Virus record (IMG/VR): IMGVR_UViG_3300013426_000018
Span: 109,970 to 173,969 of that record
Length of the DNA stretch: 64,000 nt
Direction: 5' to 3' (one strand)
Source: a virus
Taxonomy: Duplodnaviria; Caudoviricetes
The notes beneath the pieces were generated by a model. That model worked only from the letters and a program-made list of their open reading frames with translations. It was not told the DNA's origin and searched no databases. Positions 11,201 to 23,700 of this stretch are shown piece by piece. The position numbers and the translations under genes were made by a program. Within the stretch, counting starts at the first letter, position 1. Each line of letters begins with the position of its first letter.

Positions 11201-11218
11201 AAAATTTTATGGTATAAT
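11190..11218 (+). promoter_or_regulatory. sigmaA-type promoter with extended -10
   Basis: TTGATT-N17-(TGG)TATAAT. Confidence 0.8.
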
Positions 11219-11252
11219 ATAAAAAAGAATACTTTTAAGAAAGGAGCTTAAT

Positions 11253-11777
11253 GTGGCACATTATGTAATTTGCCCAATATGTAATAAAAGATTTGATCGT
11301 GATAAAGTTGAATTTATTAAAGAAGGTCGAAGATATTTACATGTTGAATGTGCTCAAACCGCAGAAGAACGATTAAGTAAAGAAGAAAGAGATAAGATTG
11401 CTCTTAATCAATATATAACGCAGCTTTTTGGTACTGAATATGTTAATCCAAAAGTTCAAGCACAGATTAAAGATTACGTTACAAATAAAGGATTCACTTA
11501 TAATGGAATTTTAATGTCTTTAAAGTATTTCTATGAAATAAAGCATGGAGACATTGAAAAGGCTCATGGGCGAATCAGTATTGTTGAATATATTTATTAG
11601 GATGCTAAAAATTATTATTATGATATTTGGCAAGCTCAACAAGTAAATAAAGAAAAACAAATAGATTTATATATTCCCGCAAATAATGTAAAAGAGATAA
11701 CAATTAAAGCTCCTGTTAAGAAGCCTTTTTTAAAAAGAATTTTTTCTTTTTTAGATGAAGAAAAGGAGGATAATTAA
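11253..11777 (+). CDS. Zn-finger hypothetical protein upstream of helicase (1 TAG=Gln)
   Basis: CPIC...HVEC; reads through TAG to TAA overlapping the helicase ATG. Confidence 0.8.
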
Positions 11778-14700
11778 TGCCTTCAAAGTATAATGATCCA
11801 GCTGCAGTTGTGTAGGTAATTGGTTGTGTTTACAATAATCCCTCTCTATTGGATATTGAAGATAAATATACAATTACAGAAGATGATTTCCAAGATAAAT
11901 TTCATCAAATTGTTTTTGGTTCTATATTTAAGCTTCATGAATTAGGAGCTTAGGAGATTACTTTAAAAAATATCGCTGATTTCCTAGCAGATAGGCCTAA
12001 AAGTGAAGCGATATATAAACAAAATAAAGGCGATGAATGGTTAGCTAAAATTGCGAAAAATGCTACGCCACTTACTTTTGATTATTACTATGGACGATTG
12101 AAAAAGTTTTCTTTATTACGGGCATATGATAATTTTGGGGTAGATGTCAGTGATGTTTATGACACAGATAATATTCTTGACATAAAAAAGAAGCAATTAC
12201 AAGAAGAGTTCCTTGATAATTCATCACTTGAAAAAATTGCGGATATGATTGATAGTAAACTAGAATCTATTCGTATTAAATATGTTACCGGAGAGAATGG
12301 CGTTTGCCATTAGGCAGGAGAAGGTATTAAAGAACTTCTTGAAAGCTTAAAAAAATCACCTGATGCCGGTGTTCCACTTTATGGTCCTCTTATTAACACA
12401 GTAACAAGAGGAGCTCGGCTTGGAAAGCTATATTTGCGCAGCGCAATGACAGGTGTTGGTAATTTATTTGCCGTCTTTAAAAGGAATTTTAAAGATGATT
12501 ACAGAGGAAAAAATCTGGAAGCCTAAGTCTTATTAGATAAGGTAATCAGAGGTGAAGGCTATATTAAATATAGCCAGCCGCAACGCATAGGGAGTGAAAA
12601 GATATAATCTCCCCACGAGGCCTCTGCTCTTAGCACATAATGGTGAAGATGAAAAGATATGCTGAGCTTATAGGAAACTATAAGAACTATTGGATAAAAA
12701 GCCAATAGGATAACAAAACTGAAAACACGCTCCATGGTCGCCGACTTTTGCTTTATAGGAACCGACTGGATATATGATGAAACTTTTGGATGGATAAGAA
12801 CTACTTTGGCCCAACCATGTTTATTTATTGCTACAGAATAGAATTTAGGCGAAGTCTAGACTATGATGTTAGCTTTTCTTTCTAACGTAAATGAAGAGCA
12901 TATTAGAAGTGGTCTTTATGTAGATGATGAATGGGAAAGAGTAATAAGAGCCGCAGAAATCATCGAACAGAGTCCTCTTTATATCGAAGAGATTCCTGAT
13001 TTCTCTCTACAAGATATCGAAAATATCATAAAGAAGAACATTCGGGAAAAGGACATATCGTATGTGTTCAAAGTAAAAAAATAGGACTGTGTAATATTTT
13101 ACTGATTAATTATCAGGGTTTAGTTTTTTTAACTAAGCTAACGGGGAAACCTTAACAAGTAAAGTTGAAGGTAATCCCGTGGGAAAATTTTTGGACAAAT
13201 ATAATCAAATAGTATTCGATGATATTTATATTTTTTATATAAAAAGGAATGGAGTTGAATACTATTATGGCTATTGTATATAGTTATACTAACTTAATAA
13301 ATGGAAAAAAGTACATTGGACAAACTGTTAATCCAGAACAACGAAAATGTACTCATAAAAGTTCATATCAAAATGAAAAAGATAAGGAATATGATTCTTT
13401 ATTTCATCGAGCGTTAAGAAAATATGGTTGGGATAATTTTGAATATGAAATTCTTGCAGAAAACGATAATTTAGAACTTATTAATGAATTAGAAATCTTT
13501 TATATTGATTTTTATAATACAAAAACGCCAAACGGATATAATATCTTAGATGGTGGAAAAAATGCTAAAAAACCTATGAAAGAATCTACTAAAGAGAAGC
13601 TAATGTGGTCCCATGGAAAAATGACTCAAGAAGAAGTTATTTATCTTCGTATGGCATACGCTAATAAAGAAAGTCCAAAAGCTATCTATGATAAATATTT
13701 TAAAGAACGGTTAACTTATTCAAGTTTCTTAAATATTTGGGATGGCCATCGATACGCTAAAGTTATGCCAGAAGTTATTCAAAAAGGGCGTAGAAAAAAA
13801 TTGACAGATGATCAAGTTCGAGAAATAAAAATAGCTTTATCATAGGGAGAAAAACAAACTAGTATAGCGAAAAGATATAATGTTGATAAAAGTATAATAA
13901 GTTTAATATATCGTAATAAAAGTTATAAAAATATTGTCTAAAAATTGCCCGTATCGACTATCCTAGAATCGTAGGAGTAAGATTATTATTAATACATAAT
14001 TTGAAATGGTATCCTATAACTTATAAAAGTTATAGTAAGAGATAGTCAGTGCTATTAGGAATAATAGACAATCATGTTACGATTACATTTTTACGAGCAT
14101 GAAGATATTAGAAGAGATCACACGAAGATCCGGTGGAGTAAAATTGAGAGAAGATAATGCTCTTTTTATGTTATCAAATAAATTAAAAGATATCTGTAAC
14201 AAATATGGGGTTTTTATTATGACTGCTACACAGCTCAATGGAGACGCGAAGGAAGCTAAAATCCCCGACCAGAATGTCCTTAGAGGTGCCAAATCGATAG
14301 CAGATGTCCTCCAGTGGATATCCAATGGAGATTACGTCGTCCTTAATAGAAATATTAAGGATAATAAAATCGTGAATTGCTGGGAACTCCTGAAAAGGAC
14401 AATCAGCATCTTAAATAATTTTTAATTAAAAAGTTCAACGACTATCCAGACATGGAGTAAATTTTTTATTGAAGTGCGATTTATCTAAAGTATATAACTA
14501 TGATAAAGATATAGTCTATTCCTTGTAGTAATATAAGGTAAAAAAGAAAATTGATTATGGCTCAATCCTTATGAATGTTACAGATGAAGATTTAGTTTCT
14601 TTAAATGAAATTTTAGCAACAGGAGCGTTTGCGACTCCTAACGTAAAATTATCAATTTATAAAAATCGTGGTGGACGTTATAAAAGTTTGTATCTCTGGT

Positions 14701-14819
14701 GTGCTGCTGATTTAGGCACCTGCCGGATAAAGCCTATGTTTGCTACTGCTTATAATTATGAATTAATCCCAATGGATGATATAAAAATTAATGTGGAAGA
14801 ACCTCCTTCCGCTTTTTAA
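11777..14819 (+). CDS. dnaB: DnaB-like replicative helicase, spliced; exons 11777-12460, 12722-13068, 14077-14305, 14547-14819 (510 aa)
   Basis: Splicing restores Walker A SAMTGVG|KT, YVF(Y)DY Walker B and RGAKSIAD|KID; also ATQLN and KNRGG. Confidence 0.9.
12461..12721 (+). mobile_element. group I intron 3 (helicase Walker A), no ORF
   Basis: Splits GVG|KT; AAUCAGAG P4/P5 region; P7 GCAUA/UAUGC; terminal G. Confidence 0.9.
13069..14076 (+). mobile_element. group I intron 4 (helicase) with GIY-YIG ORF
   Basis: GCUAACGGGGAA...AAUCCCGUG core, P7 GACUA/UAGUC; 5' splice site uncertain by about 3 nt. Confidence 0.85.
13249..13941 (+). CDS. GIY-YIG homing endonuclease with C-terminal HTH (intron 4; 1 TAG=Gln)
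   Basis: IVYSY...YIGQT...R, NGYN; read-through adds an HTH; start may be 13267. Confidence 0.88.
14306..14546 (+). mobile_element. group I intron 5 (helicase), no ORF
   Basis: AAUUGCUGGGAA...AAUCAGCA P4/P5; CAACGACUA...AAGAUAUAGUC P7; splits IAD|KID. Confidence 0.9.
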
Positions 14820-14835
14820 ATAAAGGAGAATTATA

Positions 14836-15057
14836 ATGGCAAGAGTAAAAGATTTTGGAAGTAAAAAGGATACCCAGATTAAGGCCCCTGAAGTAAATGC
14901 GGGACTTGTAGAATATAAAATGTCTCGAGCTATGGCTGAAGATATTGTTAAAACCGCAAAGGGTAATAAAAGTGACCCACAAACAGTTTTATGTAATTTT
15001 GTAAATAATTTTATGGGCCTAAAAGGTTATTGTGTAAAGGTTCTTGTCGATTTGTAA
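14836..15057 (+). CDS. hypothetical protein
   Basis: AAGGAG RBS, 73 aa. Confidence 0.75.
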   Translation: MARVKDFGSKKDTQIKAPEVNAGLVEYKMSRAMAEDIVKTAKGNKSDPQTVLCNFVNNFMGLKGYCVKVLVDL

Positions 15058-15076
15058 AATAAAAAGGAGAATACTG

Positions 15077-16177
15077 ATGCTTAGCTATGATAAAGATTAT
15101 GTGAAAGAACAATTAACAATCGAGGATGTTTTTTAGCTTCTTGATGAATTTGGGGCAGAGCCACAGTATTCTCCTTTTGGCATTTTAAGCTCAACAATTT
15201 GTCATAACCCTGTAGGATGTGGATCAAAAAAATTGTATTATTATTCTAATAGTCAGTTATTTCAATGTTATTCCAATTGCCAAAGTATTGATATATTTCA
15301 ATTAGTTATTAACGTAGCAGAAATACAATGGGATAAAAAATATGATTTAAATGATGCTATTAGATGGGTAGCTAATCACTTTGGAATTTCAGGAGCAATC
15401 ATTGAGGAAGATGATTTAAAAACTCTTGAAGATTGGAAAATTTTAGAAGAATATGAGCGAGTTGAAGAAGTGCGACCATCTTCTAAAGAAGTTGTTTTAC
15501 AAGAGTATGATTCAAGTATTTTAAATAATTTTGATTATAATATAAAAATAGCTCCTTGGCTCAATGAGGGTATTAATGCAGAAAGCCTTCAAAAAGCACA
15601 GATTGGATATTATCCAGGAGGAGATCAAATAACTATTCCACATTTTGATGTTAATGGAAGATTTATAGGATTGCGTGGACGCTCACTTTGCAAAGAAGAA
15701 TGTGAACTTTATGGTAAATATAGACCTCTTAAAGTAAATCAAATTCTTTATAACCATCCTCTTGGAATGAATCTTTACGGATTAAATTGGAATAAGAAAA
15801 CTATTGCCGCACTTAAAAAAGCTATTATATTAGAATCTGAGAAATCAGTACTTATGTTAGGTTCTGCTCTTGGATGGGAAAATAACTGTTCAGTAGCTTG
15901 TTGCGGTAGCAACATTTCTCTTTATCAAGTAGAACAATTGCTTAAGTTAGGTATCGAAGAAATGATAATAGCTTTTGATAGGCAATTTCAAACTATTGGG
16001 GACGATGAATTTCAGAAGCTGAAAAATAATTTATTAAAGCTAAAAAAACGGTATAAGAATGATGTAAATATTTCTTTTATCTTTGATAAGAATATGATTA
16101 CTGATTATAAAGCTAGTCCAATAGATGAAGGAATCGATAAGTTCATGAAACTATTTAAAGAAAGGATAATAATATGA
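15077..16177 (+). CDS. DNA primase (1 TAG=Gln, at codon 20)
   Basis: CH..C..C Zn-binding domain, IPH...G..GR, ESEKS and AFD TOPRIM motifs. Confidence 0.88.
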
Positions 16178-16461
16178 TTGGAATTGTTTGGGGAAGTACT
16201 CAAGGAAGAGCTATTAAGAAATTAGAGGAGATCAGAAAAAACTATCTTAGTTATCATATTAGTATTACACGAGTTGGTAGAGATTTCTTTGAATCTGAAA
16301 ATGGAGATATATGGCGTGCTGTTGTGGCAGATAATTCTGCAAGAGGGTATAGATGTAATATTTCCTATATTGATGAGCTAATTCCAAATGAAGTAAAGAA
16401 TGGTCTTATAGCTCATGCTACATCAGCTTATCCTTACCAAGCAACCCATTATTACGAATAA
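16174..16461 (+). CDS. hypothetical protein (ARGYR...YIDE, ATPase-fragment-like)
   Basis: 95-aa ORF with ATGA overlap with primase. Confidence 0.7.
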   Translation: MIGIVWGSTQGRAIKKLEEIRKNYLSYHISITRVGRDFFESENGDIWRAVVADNSARGYRCNISYIDELIPNEVKNGLIAHATSAYPYQATHYYE

Positions 16462-16464
16462 TAT

Positions 16465-19445
16465 ATGGAATATGAATTAATAAATAAAACAGCAAAAGAT
16501 TCTAATGTTTTAAATTAGATTTTATTAAATCGAGGATTTAAAACAGTTTCTGAAATTTAGCATTATCTAAATACAACTAATGATGATATTCTAGACCCTT
16601 TGCTTTTGGACAATATGCGGGAAGGGGCTTAGATGTTAATACGACATGTATCAAACAACGATAAGACACTACTCTGGTTCGACTGTGATTAACTGAAAAT
16701 GGTCTCAGTCATAAAATAAAATCTTGTAAATTGCGGGAAGTTCCTTAATGCTTTAATAACCAAACTAATGCAGAAATGTATTAGTGGCGAAGGTAATGAC
16801 TAAGGTATGGTAAAATCATTAAAGTTGGATAATCCGCAGCGAAATCTCAATAATTTGAGAAACGTTCAACGACTATAATCAGGAGGTATAATTATTAATG
16901 TATAGTCTAAACCCTTTATTTAGTTCAAGAAAAGCAAATGCTCCTTTTTCTTAGGAGCAGTTAGACCAAATTAAAAAATACTTAGAAGATGGTTTTTCTA
17001 AAAAAGATATACAAGAATTAACGGGAATTAGTGCTAAAGCATTAAATAGAAGAATTAAAGAAAACGATTGGTCTTCTTCTCGTAAAAGACATAGTGGATT
17101 AACTTAGAAAGAACTTACTGAAATTAAAGAAAAATATGAAAAAAAAGAAAAAACTCTAGAAGAGTTGTCTAAAGAGTACAATATTTCTTTAAGTAATTTA
17201 GCCGATCGAGTTAGTAATAATAAATGGAAGCGGACCAAGAAAAAAACTCAATATAATTGTAATGAAAATTATTTTGATAATATTAATGATGAGCATAAAG
17301 CTTATTGGCTAGGTTTTTTATTTGCCGATGGTTACATTCTTTCAAAAAGAGAACGAGGATTAAATGAAAGTCAAAGTTTTGGGTTTTCAATTAGCGTTCA
17401 AGATATTGAACTTTTTGAAAAATTTAAACAAGATTTAAGTAGTAATTATCCAGTTAATATTTATGATGTAAAATCAGGCTTTAAAACAGATAAAAGTTAT
17501 GGAAGAATTCTTATTACTTCTCAACACATGGTAAATCGTCTTAAAGAATTAGGTATGACAGAAAACAAAACTTATACTATAAAGATACCTAATATCGCGT
17601 TAGAGCTAATACCTCATTTTATTAGAGGCTATAGTGATGGAGATGGAAGTATCATTATTTCTCGTTTAAAGTCAGGAGAAATTAAATATGAATGGACTGT
17701 AACTTCTACTAAAGAAATGTGCCAATCAATTTTAAATTATATAGAAAAACCTGAACTAAAATTATCTCAACGATGGCCTGAAAGGAATGTAAATAATTGG
17801 ACTTTAAGGATATCTGGGAATAAACAAGTCCCTTTAATTTTGTCCAAAATATACGATAATGCGACGATATTTCTTGAACGAAAATATAAAAAATATGCAG
17901 AAATGCAGGGTAAAGATGCTTGATGGTTACACAAGCGGAGCCGCATTCCTTAACTATTTTCATTATTTATTCCCTACTTTCATAGAAAATAGTGTTAGCT
18001 ATTAGACTAATGAAGGTAAAAAGCATGGGCTAATTTTAGATAATGTGCCCGAAGGAATTAAATTTATTATAATGCCTGACGCAGGTTCAAACAATATAGA
18101 AGAATGCCGAGTTTTAAAAGAACAACGAAATATTGATGTGCTTATTTTAGACCATCATATGTGTGAAACTTAGAATTCTTATGCGTGCGTGATAAATAAC
18201 CAAATGTGCGATTACCCTAATAAAACGCTCTCTGGTGTTGGTATTGTCTATAAATTTTGTTAGTATTTTGATAGTTTATTGGGGACTAATTATGCTAATA
18301 ATATTATTGACTTAGTAGCTTTAGGAATGATTGCGGATGTCATGGATTTGCGTGATTTCGAGACTAAAAGACTCATAGATATGGGGTTAGCGCATATTAC
18401 AAACCCATTCTTTCAAATAATGGTGTTAAAACAAGAGTACTCTTTGAAAGGTGAAATAACTCCAATCGGAGTTGCTTTTTATATAGTGCCTTTTGTAAAT
18501 GCTGTTGCCAGAATAGGAAAACCGCAGGAAAAGCTCTTAATCTTTGAATCTCTTTTGGACTATAAAGGTAATGAAATGATTTCTTCAACCAAAAGAGGAT
18601 GTAAAGGACAAGAAGAAACACGTGCGGAATAGGCTTGTCGCACAGCTTCAAATATAAAAGCCCATTAGCAAAAAGAACGAGATAAAGCAATCAAAATTAT
18701 AGAAGAACTTATTGAAGAGCAAGGTCTATTGAAAAATAAGATTCTTGCAGTAAGATTAGATAAAGAACATTCTATTAATCGAGCACTTACTGGTTTATGT
18801 GCAAACGTTCTTATGGGGAAATATAAACGTCCAGTTTTACTTTTAAGCCAAACAGAAGATGAACATGGTTGTATCTGCTGGGAAGGTTCTGGTAGAAACG
18901 TGGGGCATTCTAAATTCGATAATTTTAGAGAGTTCTTGCGAGAAAGCGGATATGTAATGTATGCAGAGGGCCACAATAGCGCTTTTGGTACGGGCATCTG
19001 TGATGACCTTTTCGATGCCTTCATTGCATACTCTAACGAGGCTCTTAAAGATTATGATTTTTCTGCTTGTTATCAAGTTGATTTTATTTTTAATCAAGAA
19101 ACTCTTACTGGAAGAAATATTCTTGATATTGCTAATCTAAATCACCTTTGGGGAACTGGCATAGAAGAGCCTTATATTGCGATTGAAAATATTAAAGTGA
19201 CTGACAATATAATTCTTATGTCACCTGATAAAAATCCTACAATGAAAATCCTTCTTCCTAATGGAATTACAGCTATTAAATTTAAATCTTCTGCTGAAGA
19301 AGTCGAAAAGTTAAAAGGGAGTAATGGCTTAACTACTTACATTAATATAATTGGACGTTGTGCTTCTAATATTTGGCAAGGTAATGTTACTCCTTAGATA
19401 TTAATAGAAGATTACGAGATTTGTAAGAAAGCATATGACTTTTGA
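16465..19445 (+). CDS. recJ: RecJ-like DHH ssDNA exonuclease, spliced; exons 16465-16689, 17919-19445 (583 aa)
   Basis: Splicing restores DCD|LDGYTS; ILDHH, LSGVG, GMIADVM, GSGR, GH..AFG motifs; 9 TAG=Gln. Confidence 0.92.
16690..17918 (+). mobile_element. group I intron 6 (recJ) with LAGLIDADG ORF
   Basis: Exon GACUGUGAU pairs with GUCUCAGUC; AAUUGCGGGAA...AAUCCGCAG; P7 GACUA/UAGUC. Confidence 0.9.
16898..17923 (+). CDS. LAGLIDADG homing endonuclease with N-terminal HTHs (intron 6; 2 TAG=Gln)
   Basis: AGGAGG at 16881; in frame with track ORF 17165; AYWLGFLFADG and FIRGYSDGDG. Confidence 0.85.
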
Positions 19446-19449
19446 TAGA

Positions 19450-19487
19450 GAAATTAGTTGCTCGGGTCGAACTGGGTAGCTAATTTC
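19450..19487 (+). terminator. stem-loop after recJ (probable terminator)
   Basis: GAAATTAGTTGCTCGG / CTGGGTAGCTAATTTC with G-U pairs. Confidence 0.6.
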
Positions 19488-19531
19488 GCTTTCAGGAATC
19501 AAAAATGCTTTTAGTAATTTTTGGAGAAAAG

Positions 19532-19561
19532 TTGGAAAATATAAAAAAAATATGGTATAAT
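19532..19561 (+). promoter_or_regulatory. sigmaA-type promoter with extended -10
   Basis: TTGGAA/TGGAAA, then (TGG)TATAAT. Confidence 0.7.
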
Positions 19562-19593
19562 ATAATAAAAGAGAAAGGAGGAAGTAGAGCCAA

Positions 19594-20786
19594 ATGGAAC
19601 TTACTGAGAGATAGAAACAAGGTTTGAAAATCGCTGTAGCCAGATATAAAGCACATGAGCATTATACTGTGATATCTGGCTACGCTTAACTGGGACAGGC
19701 AAGAGTACACTTGTGCGATTTATAATATCCGCTCTTGGATTAAAAGATCGACAAGTAGCGTATATAGCTTTTACTGGAAAGGCTTCACAAGTGCTAGTAT
19801 AGAAAGGATGTCCGAACGCTACTACTGCACATAAATTACTTTATTATTCTCATAGAAATAAAGATGGAACTTTTACTTTCCATCCAAGAGGAAAACTAGA
19901 AAATCCTTTTCTTAAACTAATTGTAGTAGATGAAGTTTCAATGCTGCCAATGTCGCTTTGGAATACGCTTTTGTCTCATCATATTTACGTCATAGCTTTG
20001 GGGGATCCCTTTTAGATCCCTGTCATAAATCCGAATGAAGATAATCACGTTTTAGACAGACCGCACATCTTTCTTGATGAAATTATGCGACAAGCTTTAG
20101 ATAATGAAATCATTCGATTCTCCATGTGGATTCGTAATGGCGGAACAATAGCAAATTATCATGGAGAAAATAAAGAAGTAAAAGTATTGAGTCCAGAAGA
20201 ATTGAATACTGGAGTTTTAGCTTGGGCTGATTAGATTTTATGTGCTACAAATGCCACTCGCAATAAAATGAATATGGAAGTCCGCAAGATTAAAGGATTT
20301 CCTGAAGCCCCGCAAATTGGAGATAAAATTATTGGTTTAACTAATCATTGGAGCTTTTCTGATCCTCCTCTTACAAATGGTTCTATTGGGACAATCACTG
20401 ACGCACAAACTGAGTTTATTAGACTTCCTAGATATATTAGTTCAGAACCTATTAAAATATTAAAAACTACTATGGTAGATGAAATGGGAAACACTTTTTA
20501 TGATATTCCTATTGATTATAATTGTTTAATGACAGGACAAAAAACTTTAAGTGTGAAACAAGAAATACAAATTAAAAATAATGAATTATTAAAAGAACAA
20601 GGAATTGAAGCTCCTTTTGATTTTGCTTATGGATATGCTATTACTTGTCATAAATTCCAAGGTAGCTCTGCTCCAAAAGTTTTAGTATTTGAAGAGCATT
20701 TTCCTTTTGAGCCTGTTGAGCATGCTCGATGGATTTATACAGCAGCCACAAGAAGTGAGAACCGTCTTGTGCTTGTAAAGAGGTGA
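19594..20786 (+). CDS. RecD2/Dda-like SF1B helicase with a 5-nt frame-breaking insertion at 19687-19691
   Basis: SGYA[TAACT]GTGKST, AFTGKA, TAHKL, VVDEVSM, LGDPFQ, YAITCHKFQGS, YTAATRS. Confidence 0.85.
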
Positions 20787-20791
20787 ATTAA

Positions 20792-23700
20792 TTGACACTT
20801 GTTTACCCTGGAAGTTTACATAATCATACTGAATACTCAAATTTACGCTTAAGAGATTCTATTAACCGTATTGATGATTTAATTAATTATGCTATTGAGT
20901 TAGGACAAGAGGTAATTGCCATTACAGAACATGAAACAATAGCAAATGCCTTAAAGATAGAAAAATATTATGAGAAAATTAAAAAAGAACATCCAAATTT
21001 TAAAGTAATTCTTGGCAATGAGATTTATTTGTGCCGTAATGGATTGACTAATGAAAATTTTCAAAAAGGAATAGATAAATATTATCATTTTATTCTCTTA
21101 GCGAAAGATAGTATTGGTCATCAGCAAATTAGAGAATTATCTACTAGAGCTTGGAATCGTTCTTGGATGACTGGTAAAATGCGGCGAGTACCTACTTATT
21201 ATAGTGATATAATAGAAATAATTGGGGCTAATCCTGGCCATGTCATAGGAAGTAGTGCCTGTTTAGGCGGTTTTCTTGATTCTAAAATTCTTGAATGGTA
21301 TAACAATGAACAATCAAAAGAATTATATCAAAAAATTAAAGAATGGTGTTTAAGCATACAAAATATTTTTGGTATTAATAATTTTTATCTTGAAATGCAA
21401 CCTTCCGCAAATAAAGACCAACTTATTGCCAATGAAATTATTTATCAATTATCAGAAGAATTAAACATTCCTTTTATTATTACGACAGATAGTCATTATT
21501 GTAAAAAAGAAGACGCAGCTATTCATAAAGCTTTTCTTAATTCTCAAGAGGGTGATAGAGAAGTTGATGCTTTTTACGCTACTACCTATTTAATGGGAAC
21601 AGAAGAGCTTGAAGGATATATGAATAATTTTAACAAAGAAGTTTTTTCTAAAGCTTATGAAAATATCTTAAATATTAAAAATTCTTGTCAAGACTATTCT
21701 TTAAAGAAAACATTAAAAATTCCTTCTCTTTATTGGAAAACCCCAAAAACTCAAATAATTGAACCTATTTGGTTTGAAAGAATTCCTTATTTTAAACAAT
21801 TTGAAGAATCTACTTTTAATGGAGATAAAATTTTAATTCGTTTAATTGTTGACAAACTCTTAAGTGATACTAGATTACAAAATAAAGAAACTTATGATGA
21901 AATTAATGATAATTTAAGAATTACATGGATTTCTTCTGAAGTAAATAAAGCGCATTGGAGTGCTTACTTTTTAAATCTTCAAAATATTATTGATGTGTGC
22001 TGGGAAGCAGGAACTATAGTAGGGCCAGGTCGTGGTTCAGGCGTTGGGTTTTTATTATTATATATTTTAGATATTATTCAAATTAATCCTATGTGGGAAA
22101 CTACTAAAACTTTTTCATGGAGGTCAACCAAATCGGTTTAAAGGCTTCCTCTGCTTGGCGACAAGCTTAAAATAAATTATATGAACACATAATAACGTGG
22201 TGTAAAATTATAAAATAATTTTGCTAACGGTGGACAGTTTTAAATAAACTAAATACCGTGCTTTTTACATACACTTGGAGAGCCAATCGTATGTAAAAGT
22301 GTATCGACTATGGGTATAACCCAGTAGATTAGATTTTATTACTAATCGAAGCGTATAAACTCTCCATAATATATTAATAAAGGATATGATATTATGGGAT
22401 GTATTTATAAAATTACAAATACTTTAAATAATAAAATTTATATTGGTTAGACGGTAAAAACTATTGAAAAAAGATTTCAATAGCATAAAAACAATAGCAA
22501 TAAACCCTATTTTTCTCAAATAGTATTATATAAAGCCTTTAATAAATACGGAATTGAAAATTTTATTTGTGAACAAGTAGAAGAAGTAGATAATGAAAAA
22601 TTAGATGAAAGAGAAAAATATTGGATTGAATATTATGATAGTTTTTTTAATGGCTATAATTCTACTTTAGGAGGACGAGCTACTCAATTATATAATTGGG
22701 ACATTGATGATATTATTGAAAAATATCAATAGTTAAAATCTGCCCGTAAAGTAGCAAAAGAAATTGGATGTGACCATTCTACTATAGATAGATTATTAAA
22801 TGAAAACGGTATAATACGTTTTACCCCAGCTTAGTAGTAGTCCAAGGCGTTAAGTATAATTGATAAACAAAATTAGATTCATAATTTCGATACTACTACA
22901 GATGCTGCAAAATGGTTAATAGAAAATAAATTTACCAAAATAACCAATCCTGTTATTGTAAGACAAGAAATTTGTGTTAGATTACGAAAAAATAAAAAGT
23001 ATTTGGGATTAAAAATGTATTATTAGGAGAGTAAGAGATAGTCAGCACTTTCAGTGATGGAAGATTAATGCGTTTTAAATCCTAATCGAGTTTCTGTCCT
23101 TGATATTGATACAGATATTGAAGGAGGGCGTCGCCCACAGGTTCTTCAAGCCCTTCGAGATTATTATGGAGAGGATAGAGTTGCTAATGTTGTTACTTTT
23201 GGAACTGAAAAAAGTAAAAGCGCAATACAAACTGCCGCAAGAGGTTTGGGCGTTGATAATGATATTGCTTTATATATTTCATCACTTATTCCAGCTGATC
23301 GAGGTATTACTAGAACTTTAAAGCAATGTTATTATGGTGATGAAGAAAATGATTTCAAACCTATTCCTGATTTTATTAAAGAAATGAATAATTATCCTGA
23401 ACTTTGGAAAGTCGCTCAAAAAGTAGAAGGATTAACGGCAAAAACTAGTCCTTCAAAGATTTAAAATATTTTTTCCTAATATATTATTAGGGGTTATATA
23501 AAATTATAGCTAACGGGGAAGCCTTAACAAGTAAAGTTGAAGGTAATCCCGTGGGATTAATTTCTTATGGTTAAAAGAGTTTAACAGCATTTTTTATTTT
23601 TTTATTATTAAGAAAGGAGGATAAGAAAAATGAATTATATTTATGGTTATTTGAATAAAATTTCTAATAAATGGTATGTTGGACAAACAACTTTACCTAT

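Noticed and set aside
19450-19490. tRNA or suppressor tRNA
   Set aside because: Single hairpin only, with no cloverleaf or T-arm; I found no tRNA in the window by eye.
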